Source of the DNA: Methanobacterium sp.
GTDB taxonomy: Archaea > Methanobacteriota > Methanobacteria > Methanobacteriales > Methanobacteriaceae
Reading direction: 5' to 3'
DNA length: 45,543 nt
Assembly (NCBI GenBank): GCA_003166335.1
Contig: PMWA01000057.1
Coordinates: 11,280-56,822, forward strand
The notes beneath the pieces were generated by a model that worked only from the letters and a program-made list of their open reading frames with translations, searched no databases and was not told the DNA's origin. The number at the start of each line of letters is the position of its first letter. Within the stretch, counting starts at the first letter, position 1. This document shows positions 19,719-28,505 of this stretch, in pieces. The translations under genes and the position numbers were made by a program.

Positions 19719-20879
19719 TCATATTGCAGATTTAGAACTCATATGGAAAATGTTGTTAGCAAATATAAGAAGAGATATTACAGCTAAACCGTAAAAAATC
19801 CAAACTATACCATCAGTAGGTCCCGTCTCAACCCAAATCGCAGTGTGGGCCAATATAATAGCATATAATGCAGTATATGCTCCGTTAGCGATTTTTTGCG
19901 CTCTATGCATCAGTCGAAGTATCAGTCCAAGTAAAAACATTTGCACAGCAAGACCTAATGCCCCAAAATCCAGGATGGCCGGTCCAAAAATGGTGGAAGT
20001 AATACTAACAGTGGGTGTGCTTACATTATAATGATAACCTAGAACTACCTGTCCGACCGTAACTCGTGGATGTCCTCCTGTAAGAGCCTGATGGAAAAGT
20101 TCTCCACCAGTAAAGCCGGGCATGTGAACAATTTTATCAAGAACCATCATTGTGAATCCAGCCCGGTAAAAAAGTAATTGTAATGGATTTAAAACCCAAG
20201 TCTGCCATTCAATAGATTTTACTGCAATGTAACCTAGTATTACACCAATTACAGCTGCTAAAATAATAGAAAGGATTATGTATCTGGTTTGAATTCGTTG
20301 GATATAATAGGTGGTTATGATTACAGTGAATATTATAGCAAGAGCGGTTGTTCTATAGCCATCAATTGCAAACAGTGCTAAACCAATTACGAAAAGGATA
20401 TAATACCTTTTACTAGGATATTTGGCTAATAATAAGTTTAAAGCAGGGAGAAATAAAATATATGAAACCATCCACAAATCTGTGGTTGCTCTAAATTTGA
20501 GATAACCGTTTAGTAGTGGAATACCACCTAGCAAATAGAGGTTTATGGCTTGCAGTATTAAAGCTATTATTACAATTGAAAGTAAAATCCGTTCATCTAG
20601 TAGAATTTTTAATTTAGAATACCAGAATGATGGTTTCTTCTGGGTTATATTCTCTCGTTTTAAAGTTGATTTAATACCTGGGGAGTAATAGGTGATTATT
20701 TTTGGTACAGTAGCTCCAATGATAAATATTATGGTACCAAAAATCATATATATGAATGTGGTAGTGGACGCCCATTGTAGATTACGGATGTGATAATTGT
20801 ACCCCAGCATAGCCAATGCCACATAGATTGCTATAGCTACTACTATGATGTAAGGGGAGAATATATCTACTTTATCCAA
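19719..20879 (-). CDS. Polytopic membrane protein, oligosaccharide repeat-unit polymerase (Wzy-like) family
   Basis: About 10 hydrophobic segments; GGIPL, GYRT and SITSTIFGPAILDFG motifs; TTG start is uncertain. Confidence 0.65.
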   Translation of the reverse strand: MDKVDIFSPYIIVVAIAIYVALAMLGYNYHIRNLQWASTTTFIYMIFGTIIFIIGATVPKIITYYSPGIKSTLKRENITQKKPSFWYSKLKILLDERILLSIVIIALILQAINLYLLGGIPLLNGYLKFRATTDLWMVSYILFLPALNLLLAKYPSKRYYILFVIGLALFAIDGYRTTALAIIFTVIITTYYIQRIQTRYIILSIILAAVIGVILGYIAVKSIEWQTWVLNPLQLLFYRAGFTMMVLDKIVHMPGFTGGELFHQALTGGHPRVTVGQVVLGYHYNVSTPTVSITSTIFGPAILDFGALGLAVQMFLLGLILRLMHRAQKIANGAYTALYAIILAHTAIWVETGPTDGIVWIFYGLAVISLLIFANNIFHMSSKSAI

Positions 20880-20957
20880 ATTTATTAATTTAATATTTGA
20901 ATCTCCATTTTTTTTGTATAAAAGAGGTTGAATGATGTATTTATTGATAAAGATTTT

Positions 20958-22307
20958 TTAGATTTCAGCCGCATTACGAGTAAAATTAGAAGCAAATAAT
21001 GGATACGCTGCCACATGAGTGTGTATATAACTTGCCACGGTATTTTTTTCTATTAATCCATCATAATCATTTTGGATTCCTCTGCCTCTCAACATCTTGA
21101 AGGCAAATTGTGGTTTGGCTCCGTTTAAATTAACCTTAGAGTAGTGAAATTCATGTCCTCTAAATATATCTCCTTTATTTACCAGTATATTATCTTTAAT
21201 TGCTTTGGATATTATATAACTTAATGCTTGTGGTTTATTAGTCATAATAGAAGGATAATTAAACACATTACACATCTTATAATTATTTATGGATCTTGAT
21301 AGATACATTAAGCCTCCACATTCAGCATAAATGGGCTTACCTTCAAGATGAAACTTTCGAACTGAATTTAGCATGCCAATATTTGCCCCAAGTTCTTGAG
21401 CAAATATTTCAGGATACCCTCCACCTATATATAAACCATCGACATCTGGAACTTCTTCATCATGAATAGGGCTGAAATAAACCAGTTCTGCATGATTAGC
21501 CTCTAGTGCATCAAGGTTATCTTTATAGTAAAATGTGAACACCTCATCCATAGCGACTCCCAGTTTAACTCGTTTATGATTTTCCACTTTCCAAAGATCT
21601 TTTCTACCTTCCGGAAGTTTTTTTGAATCCTTCATTATCGATATAAGGATATCTAAGTCTATATGTTCCTTTACCATTTCTTTCCATTTATATATGGAAT
21701 TTTTGATAGTTTCACGCTCAACTGCAGGAACTAAACCTAAATGTCGGTCTTCCACTCTTAATGAATCATCTCTAGGCATTCCACCGATTACATCAGTTTT
21801 TGTTAGAGTTTCTATAGCTTCTTTTGTTTTAAGGTAGTGTTTCTTGTTTTTAACTTGATTCAATATCACTCCTCTAATATTTATAGTCGGATCTAATTTT
21901 TTAAATCCCAATACAACTGCCGCAGCACTTTTAACTAGACTTCTAGCGTTCATAATTAATATAACAGGAGCATTAAGAGCTTTAGCAACGGAAGCTGTGC
22001 TCCCCACTTCTCCTATTGGACTTATACCCTCGTAAAGTCCTCTTACACCTTCAATAATTCCTAAATGAGATTTTGAAATATTTAAACTTCTTTCGAAAGC
22101 CTCTCTAATCTGTGAATCATTCATGAAAAAAGAGTCTAAATTTCTGGAATTGATTCCTGTGGCTAATGTATGATAAGTGGGGTCTATGTAGTCAGGGCCA
22201 ACCTTAAAAGGTTGTACGCGATATTCTTCGGATAGAGCCCCCATTATGCCTGTAGAAATTGTTGTCTTTCCCACTGCGCTTCCAGTTCCTGCAAGGACTA
22301 TTCTCAT
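20958..22307 (-). CDS. cfbB: Cobyrinate / Ni-sirohydrochlorin a,c-diamide synthase (CbiA/CfbB)
   Basis: [47 protein letters not shown] and GHEFHYS. Confidence 0.85.
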   Translation of the reverse strand: MRIVLAGTGSAVGKTTISTGIMGALSEEYRVQPFKVGPDYIDPTYHTLATGINSRNLDSFFMNDSQIREAFERSLNISKSHLGIIEGVRGLYEGISPIGEVGSTASVAKALNAPVILIMNARSLVKSAAAVVLGFKKLDPTINIRGVILNQVKNKKHYLKTKEAIETLTKTDVIGGMPRDDSLRVEDRHLGLVPAVERETIKNSIYKWKEMVKEHIDLDILISIMKDSKKLPEGRKDLWKVENHKRVKLGVAMDEVFTFYYKDNLDALEANHAELVYFSPIHDEEVPDVDGLYIGGGYPEIFAQELGANIGMLNSVRKFHLEGKPIYAECGGLMYLSRSINNYKMCNVFNYPSIMTNKPQALSYIISKAIKDNILVNKGDIFRGHEFHYSKVNLNGAKPQFAFKMLRGRGIQNDYDGLIEKNTVASYIHTHVAAYPLFASNFTRNAAEI

Positions 22308-22429
22308 ATTAATTAAATATTAGATGATTTTATTTAAATTGTACCCCAAAATAAAAGAAATTTACTTATTAAGAATATAATATATAAATATTGAATGATC
22401 ATTAATATTAAAAAATAAATTATGATAAA

Positions 22430-23554
22430 ATGAATAAAACGAAGAAGCTGGAAATTCTAGGTGAAAGTGCTAGATATGACCGGTGCAATCACATAAATTC
22501 AAGTATAGAAAGTTTTTTGAGCAGCAAAATCCCTGGTGTATACAATGCTAGCACCACCAATGGTTGTAAAGTACCATTATTAAAGGTTTTGATGACCAAT
22601 AAATGTTCTAATGATTGTCGATATTGTATTAATCATAATAAACATCAGTTTAATAGGGTGGAATTTTCACCAGAAGAGCTTACTTCACTATTTTTAGATT
22701 ATTATCAAAATAGATATGTTGAAGGATTATTTCTAAGTTCAGGAATTCCTAATGATGCAGAAAATTCCATGGAAAACATGGTGGAAGTTCTCCAAAAACT
22801 CCGTTTCGAATATGGATATAAGGGATATATACACCTTAAAATTCTTCCTGGTAGTTCTTATGATCTAATAAAAAGAGCAATGAGTTTAGCTGATAGAGTA
22901 AGTGTTAATATAGAGGCTGCTACTCCAGAAGGTCTTAGTGATCTTTGTAGTACCAAAAATTATGATACAGATATTATAAGACGTATTAATTGGATTAAAA
23001 GACTGATGAAGAGGGATGAAAATCTGACACCCTCTGGTCAAACCACTCAATTTATTGTAGGTGCTACAGATGAAACTGACCAACAGATTTTAGAAAGAGT
23101 TGATTGGTTATATAAGAAAATGGATATTAAAAGAAGTTATTTTAGTACTTTTGAGCCCATGAAACATACGCCTTTAGAATTTCGTGAAGATCCATCTCCT
23201 AAAAGAAGTCCTAGGCTGTATCAAGCTGATTTTTTACTTAACTCCTATGGGTTTAGTATGGATGAATTGGTTTTTGATGAAGAGGACAATTTAAAATTAG
23301 ATGCTGATCCTAAATATTACTCAGCATTATTCCATAAAGAGCTTTTTCCTGTAGAAATTAATGATGCTCATTATCAGGAACTTCTAAGGGTACCTGGAAT
23401 AGGTAAAATATCTGCTGCAAGAATTATCCAGAATAGGAAGTTAGGTAATTGTTTTGAAAAATTAGAAGACCTTAAAAATATTGGTGTTGTAACTAGTAGG
23501 GCTGAACCTTTTATTAAATTGAATAGAAAGTATCAAAGCACTCTTGAATTTTAG
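22430..23554 (+). CDS. Putative DNA modification/repair radical SAM protein with C-terminal helix-hairpin-helix
   Basis: [17 protein letters not shown] (CX3CX2C), [32 protein letters not shown] and [12 protein letters not shown] (HhH). Confidence 0.85.
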   Translation: MNKTKKLEILGESARYDRCNHINSSIESFLSSKIPGVYNASTTNGCKVPLLKVLMTNKCSNDCRYCINHNKHQFNRVEFSPEELTSLFLDYYQNRYVEGLFLSSGIPNDAENSMENMVEVLQKLRFEYGYKGYIHLKILPGSSYDLIKRAMSLADRVSVNIEAATPEGLSDLCSTKNYDTDIIRRINWIKRLMKRDENLTPSGQTTQFIVGATDETDQQILERVDWLYKKMDIKRSYFSTFEPMKHTPLEFREDPSPKRSPRLYQADFLLNSYGFSMDELVFDEEDNLKLDADPKYYSALFHKELFPVEINDAHYQELLRVPGIGKISAARIIQNRKLGNCFEKLEDLKNIGVVTSRAEPFIKLNRKYQSTLEF

Positions 23555-23596
23555 AATAATCCTCTTTTTCTATAATTTTTAATAAATATTTATTAC

Positions 23597-23692
23597 TTAT
23601 AAGTTATAAGTGATTTAGTTATAAGTTTTAAGTTAAAACTTATATCTTATCAGTGAATAAGTTACAAGTTAAAACTTAGAAATTATAAGTTA
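23597..23692 (+). repeat. Heptad array (about 13 units, consensus TTATAAG/C) directly after the stop codon of the ParA partner gene
   Basis: ttataag|ttataag|tgatttag|ttataag|ttttaag|ttaaaac|ttatatc|ttatcag|tgaataag|ttacaag|ttaaaac|ttagaaa|ttataag. Confidence 0.88.
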
Positions 23693-24091
23693 TTACAATC
23701 CTTTTTCCTCAAAGATCATCCAAATATCGGGGTATCTATCTTTTACCGCTTCCTCAATGAGTGTTGAAGCTTCATTGCTAATACTAAATTCAGGCTTAGT
23801 CTTCTTTAGAAATCTCAAAACTGCTGCAGACTTCGCAGACCATAATGAAATGCGGGGGTTTTTATGAACATCTAGAAGGACTTCATTTATAACTCCCTCA
23901 TCAAAATTTATAGTTTGAACTGAATTAACTTTATTTTCAGCTTCATCTTCTATTTTTTGAGTCTTTTCAAGTTTAGTTTTATCGGTTTTTTCCTTAACTT
24001 CTTCTTCATCCAGATAATTACTTCGTATAAGGGCATCTAATCCTTTTCCTAAAGCATTATCCGATTTTTTTCTAACATTTCTGGAGGTCAT
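23693..24091 (-). CDS. ParA partner: Spo0J-like N-terminal peptide plus predicted ribbon-helix-helix domain (candidate centromere-binding protein)
   Basis: LGKGLDALI at residues 14-22, charged linker, then RISLWS / AKSAAVLRFLKK / SISNEASTLIEEAVKDRY; start overlaps the parA stop by 4 bp. Confidence 0.7.
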   Translation of the reverse strand: MTSRNVRKKSDNALGKGLDALIRSNYLDEEEVKEKTDKTKLEKTQKIEDEAENKVNSVQTINFDEGVINEVLLDVHKNPRISLWSAKSAAVLRFLKKTKPEFSISNEASTLIEEAVKDRYPDIWMIFEEKGL

Positions 24092-24873
24092 TTATCAACC
24101 TCCAAGCATTCTAGTTTCAAAAGTTCTTCAGCAAGCTTCTGATAAGCCACTGTACCACTGCATTCATCATCATAAACTATGCAAGGTTTACCATGGCTAG
24201 GGGCTTCAGCAAGCCTTACGTTACGTGGAATAGTGGTTTTAAATATGTTCTCAGTCTCTCCAAAGTATTCCTTGACATTATTGTATACATCTCTTCCCAA
24301 ACGGGTTCTCGAATCATATAAAGTTAGAAGAATTCCTTTAATTGGTGAAGGACTGTTTAAACGAGTTTCAACTAAATCCATAGCTCTGATAAGATCTGCC
24401 ATTCCCTCCAATGCATAAAATTCTGCTTGTATGGGTATTATGACACTGTCAGAGGCCACTATTGAATTTAAAGTTAATAAACCTAAAGAGGGAGGCACAT
24501 CAATGAAAACATAATCATATTGATCATCAATTCCCTCCATAGACTCTTTTAATATGGAATGAGGACCTATTGTTTTGCTTAATTCAATTTCTGCACCACT
24601 TAAGGAAATATTACTAGGAACTAATTCTAAATCAGGGATATCTGTTTTAACGATAGATTCTTGTAGGGTATTTTGACCCGTTAAAACGGAGTATATTGAA
24701 ATGTTTTGCTCATTTTTTTCGATTCCTAGTCCAGTGGTTGCGTTTCCCTGAGGATCCATATCTATTAACAAAATTTTTCTGCCTAGAAGGGCTAAAGCAG
24801 CTGATAAATTAACTGCAGTTGTGGTTTTACCACACCCCCCCTTTTGATTTAGTATTGCAATTATTTCAACCAT
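24088..24873 (-). CDS. parA: ParA/Soj family chromosome-partitioning ATPase
   Basis: Deviant Walker A KGGCGKTT, DMDPQGNAT, DVPPSLG, PIQAEFYALEG, DSRTRL and IPRNVRLAEAPSHGKP; no N-terminal HTH. Confidence 0.95.
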   Translation of the reverse strand: MVEIIAILNQKGGCGKTTTAVNLSAALALLGRKILLIDMDPQGNATTGLGIEKNEQNISIYSVLTGQNTLQESIVKTDIPDLELVPSNISLSGAEIELSKTIGPHSILKESMEGIDDQYDYVFIDVPPSLGLLTLNSIVASDSVIIPIQAEFYALEGMADLIRAMDLVETRLNSPSPIKGILLTLYDSRTRLGRDVYNNVKEYFGETENIFKTTIPRNVRLAEAPSHGKPCIVYDDECSGTVAYQKLAEELLKLECLEVDK

Positions 24874-24897
24874 AAAAATACAATCCTCCCTATTTTA

Positions 24898-24947
24898 TGA
24901 TAAGTTCTAAATTATAAGTTATAAGTTATAATATTTATACTTTTATG
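24898..24947 (-). promoter_or_regulatory. Candidate parA promoter (BRE/TATA CATAAAAG-TATAAATA) with five heptads between the TATA and the RBS
   Basis: tgataag|ttctaaa|ttataag|ttataag|ttataat at 24898-24932; TATA-like element at 24932-24939 on the minus strand; GGGAGG RBS at 24885-24890. Confidence 0.65.
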
Positions 24948-25362
24948 ATTATTAGCTATTCGTTAATAAAAAGCATGAGGATAAATAACCGCGTCTTAGA
25001 GAGTTAAGTAAACGCCAAAATACATTTTAGGTAAGTAATTAGATATATTCTTATTTGTCAAATTTCTAATATACCTTCATATAATTTAATGAATAGAAAG
25101 ATTATTTAAATTGAATTAAAAAGAGTATTTCCCAGTAAATTAATTATAGCATTAAGTTAAATGCACCATAGCCAATATTTATTATATTTTAATTATTCGA
25201 TGCATAGGAGACTATAAATTTGATTGAATTGAGATATTATTGAAAATACACTACGACTCTATGGCCATTTTTTATCTAAACTATTGAATCATAAATAAAA
25301 CTTGCATAATTATTAAATTTCGTCAATTTGTGTAAGGGTTATTATTGTTTGGGGGAGTTTAA

Positions 25363-26775
25363 ATGGATATTACCGAAGAAATTATATTTAAAAAGTTTGC
25401 AAATGTATTTAATTTGGAATATAACAAAAAAAGAGAGGAATGGATAAATAAATGTACTTTTGAAGATAAAGAAGGAAAGAAAGAGGTAATTGAATCATTA
25501 ATACCTATGAAGCATAATAAATTGAAAAAATTAATTCAATCATTAAAAAAATCTGAATTCGAAGATCTATACATTTATAACTCCAATTATTATGAAAAAT
25601 TGGTTGATATTCCCTCTAAAGAAGAAAATGACATGGATGTGCTTGCAGATTTCGTGGGAGATTTTGAAGATAAAGATATTCTAATAAAAGATTCTAAGAA
25701 AAGTTTGACTTTTGAAATTTCTAGTCCAAGCTTAGATTTCATAATAGCATCATATGTATTTTTTATAGACAATAAGAATAGCATAAAGTCTTTAGACGAA
25801 TGTCCTGCACTATTCCAGTCCAAAGCATCAAAATTAGGGCTATTTAAAATACACACGAATTTTGAAACCCGAGAAAATATAATTAGTAGCCTCAATAAAA
25901 TAATGAATTTAGAATCTGAAAGGTATAGGGCCATAATAGATGATAGAAATAAAAAAAATTATAAAAAAATGAAATTTGAATTTGAAAATGTTTTGGTTAA
26001 TGGCCTATTTAGGAATGTTAAGACCGTGAAGATTTTATCAAAAATTGAGTTAAACCTTGATACTTTCGAAAAATTATATGATTCTTTTATATTTTCTTTA
26101 GGGTACAATATAAATATGCCAGTTTTGGAATTTAGGCACTTAAAAGAAGATATTGATTATAATCCAAGGTTAAAATTAGATGAAATTGAAATCCCAAAAA
26201 GAAGTTACATAAAAGAGTTAATATATTATTATCAACAAGCACTTTCAGCTGATAATTCTTTATTAGAATATCTATCCTTTTACCAAATTCTTGAATATTT
26301 TTATAGTATTGTAGCCCGTGAAGATTTAATGCGCAATGTAAAAGATAAACTTTCTCATCCTAATTTTTCACATACGAATGATGAGAGCATTTTACAGCTT
26401 ATAGATATTATAAGTAAAGGTAAATTTGAAGAACCGCGAGCTTTAATATTAGTTTTGAAAAGATATTTAAAATTAGATGAGCTTAAAAATGACTTGATAA
26501 ATTATTGTAAAAATGAAAATTATTTTGATTATTATATTAAAAATAAAATTAATTTTGCAGATGCCGAACCCATTAAAGAGAATAACAACAAAATAATCAT
26601 GGATACATTGTCTAATAGAATATACAATGTTAGAAATGCTTTAATTCATAGTAAAGAAGGTGAAAAAAGGAGATATGTTCCTTTTTCAGAAAATGAAAAT
26701 GAATTAAGGAAAGAGCTGCCGTTAATTAGGTTAGTTGCAGAACAAATAATAATTAATAGTTCTAAAAACATATAA
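25363..26775 (+). CDS. Hypothetical protein with C-terminal HEPN-like domain (ApeA/MauJ-like), candidate defence RNase
   Basis: YYQQAL...YLSFYQILEYFY helix and IYNVRNALIHSK (RxxxxH); very AT-rich codons; GGGGAG RBS. Confidence 0.65.
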   Translation: MDITEEIIFKKFANVFNLEYNKKREEWINKCTFEDKEGKKEVIESLIPMKHNKLKKLIQSLKKSEFEDLYIYNSNYYEKLVDIPSKEENDMDVLADFVGDFEDKDILIKDSKKSLTFEISSPSLDFIIASYVFFIDNKNSIKSLDECPALFQSKASKLGLFKIHTNFETRENIISSLNKIMNLESERYRAIIDDRNKKNYKKMKFEFENVLVNGLFRNVKTVKILSKIELNLDTFEKLYDSFIFSLGYNINMPVLEFRHLKEDIDYNPRLKLDEIEIPKRSYIKELIYYYQQALSADNSLLEYLSFYQILEYFYSIVAREDLMRNVKDKLSHPNFSHTNDESILQLIDIISKGKFEEPRALILVLKRYLKLDELKNDLINYCKNENYFDYYIKNKINFADAEPIKENNNKIIMDTLSNRIYNVRNALIHSKEGEKRRYVPFSENENELRKELPLIRLVAEQIIINSSKNI

Positions 26776-26909
26776 CTAATCAAACTACTTCATGAAGGTA
26801 GATTCAAAAGAGACAACTATACACTAACAAAATATAAAAATGAAGCCTCTTGAATAGTGGAATGATACAAACCGAGTATATTCGTTTGAAACTTCTATTG
26901 CGACTTATT

Positions 26910-27090
26910 TTATTTCAGAACATATTCAAAATTAATTTTTGAAGACTTTCTATTTTCATTCCATTTAATTAACTCATTTAACCATAAAAATTTCCTTAAT
27001 ATTTCATTTTTTTCTTCATATCTATTGATTCCAGATTTATTTTCATTTAATTGAGCCTTAAAATTTTTTATTTTCTTTTTAACGTTATCA
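26910..27090 (-). pseudogene. Probable 3' remnant of an unknown gene
   Basis: Protein-like tail ...EILRKFLWLNELIKWNENRKSSKINFEYVLK; its listed start lies inside the integrase reading frame on the opposite strand. Confidence 0.35.
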
Positions 27091-28357
27091 GATATAACTT
27101 TCAAATCATGGATTAAAGACTTAAATCCGAACACCAAAATAAGTTACTTAAATGGTTTGGCTGAATTCTGTTTAGTTAATGATATAAAACCCGATGAAAT
27201 GATAAAAACCATATATAATGAAGAAGAGCAAAGATTGCCTTCCTGGGAAAAATCTATAAATAAATGGTTTGAAGCATATGACGAGCATTGTAAAGAACAA
27301 CAACACACCAAAAAGACTAGAGATAATAGAAGGACAATAGTTAATGCATTTATAGGTTTTCATGAATTATCAACTTATTCTGAAAAAGGTAAAAGAAGAA
27401 AAACAAATGGATTTAAAGAACCCAACATCAGAAAGGCATTAACTAAAAAAGAAATAAGAAAAATGTTAAACTCATGTAGAACTTGGAAAATGAAGTCTCT
27501 AATATTAATACAAACTTCATCAGGGCTATCTATATCAGATATATTAAAATTAAAGGTAAAAGACTTTCAAAATGGTATTACAATAGTATCTGATGTAAAA
27601 TCTAGAAAAAAAAGGAGAATATGCAAGTTTCACTTAATCAGAGAGAAAACAAAAAAAAGAATTTATAACTTTTATCAACGAAGAAGCAGCGGAAGCGATT
27701 GAGAATTATTTGAAACTTGAAAGAATAGATGTAAAACCAGATGAAGCACTTTTTACTAATAAAAAAGCTTCAGGAGAACCTATACTTAGAATATCATTGC
27801 TACAAGCTTATAGGAAACTAAATAATCATCTAGGCTGGACAAACTCAGAAAAAGGGCGTTTTAGAGCTGCAACGTCACATATGATGAGGAAATTCTTTAA
27901 CACTCAACTCGTTTATGCAGGTATGCCAGAAGAAATTCGTGAACATTTCATGGGTCATGTATTAGAAAATAAAGTTAGAGATGCTTATTTCTTACAAAAC
28001 GAGGAAGAACTTCAAAAGGTATACCTTGAAAACATGGATAAAATTACAATACGTCCATTAAAGCCACCAATAACTGTATCCGAGTACAAAGAAATGAAGA
28101 ATGACCAAGAATACCTACAAAAAGAAAATGAAATACTTAAAACCGAGTTGAAAGATGTAAAAGACCTCATCAGTAACTATGATCTTACCACCGAAGACCC
28201 TAATGAAGAACTATTAAACGATAATAAGCAAATGAGTGAGGCATTATCGGGTGTAATGTTTGATAATCAAAGGCAACAATCTGAAATAAATGAATTGAAT
28301 GAATTAGTACAAAACATGGGACAAAAGTTAAAAGAATTAAAAAAGGCTTCTTCATGA
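27091..28357 (+). pseudogene. Tyrosine recombinase/integrase, frameshifted at an A8 run and lacking its start
   Basis: Removing one A at 27651-27658 joins the two ORFs as REKTKKEFITFINEEAAEAIENYLKLER; SSGLSISD, SHMMRKFF, FMGH and DAYF motifs; C-terminal coiled coil. Confidence 0.85.
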
Positions 28358-28505
28358 TTGTCTAAAAGCCCTAATAATTATTTTTTTAGCGTGCTTATAA
28401 GTTATAATATAAATATTTTATCTTTAAAAAAATGAATATTAAGCATTTCTGAATAATTATTGCAGAAAAAAAAAGTTAAAAAAAACGAAATTATTTAAAA
28501 AGAGA

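Larger units (their letters stand above)
24919..28410. mobile_element. Decayed integrative islet between parA and thrS (HEPN-motif gene, gene remnant, broken integrase)
   Basis: Accessory genes in opposite orientation to the flanking core genes; 16-bp direct repeat TTATAAGTTATAATAT at 24919-24934 and 28395-28410. Confidence 0.55.
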
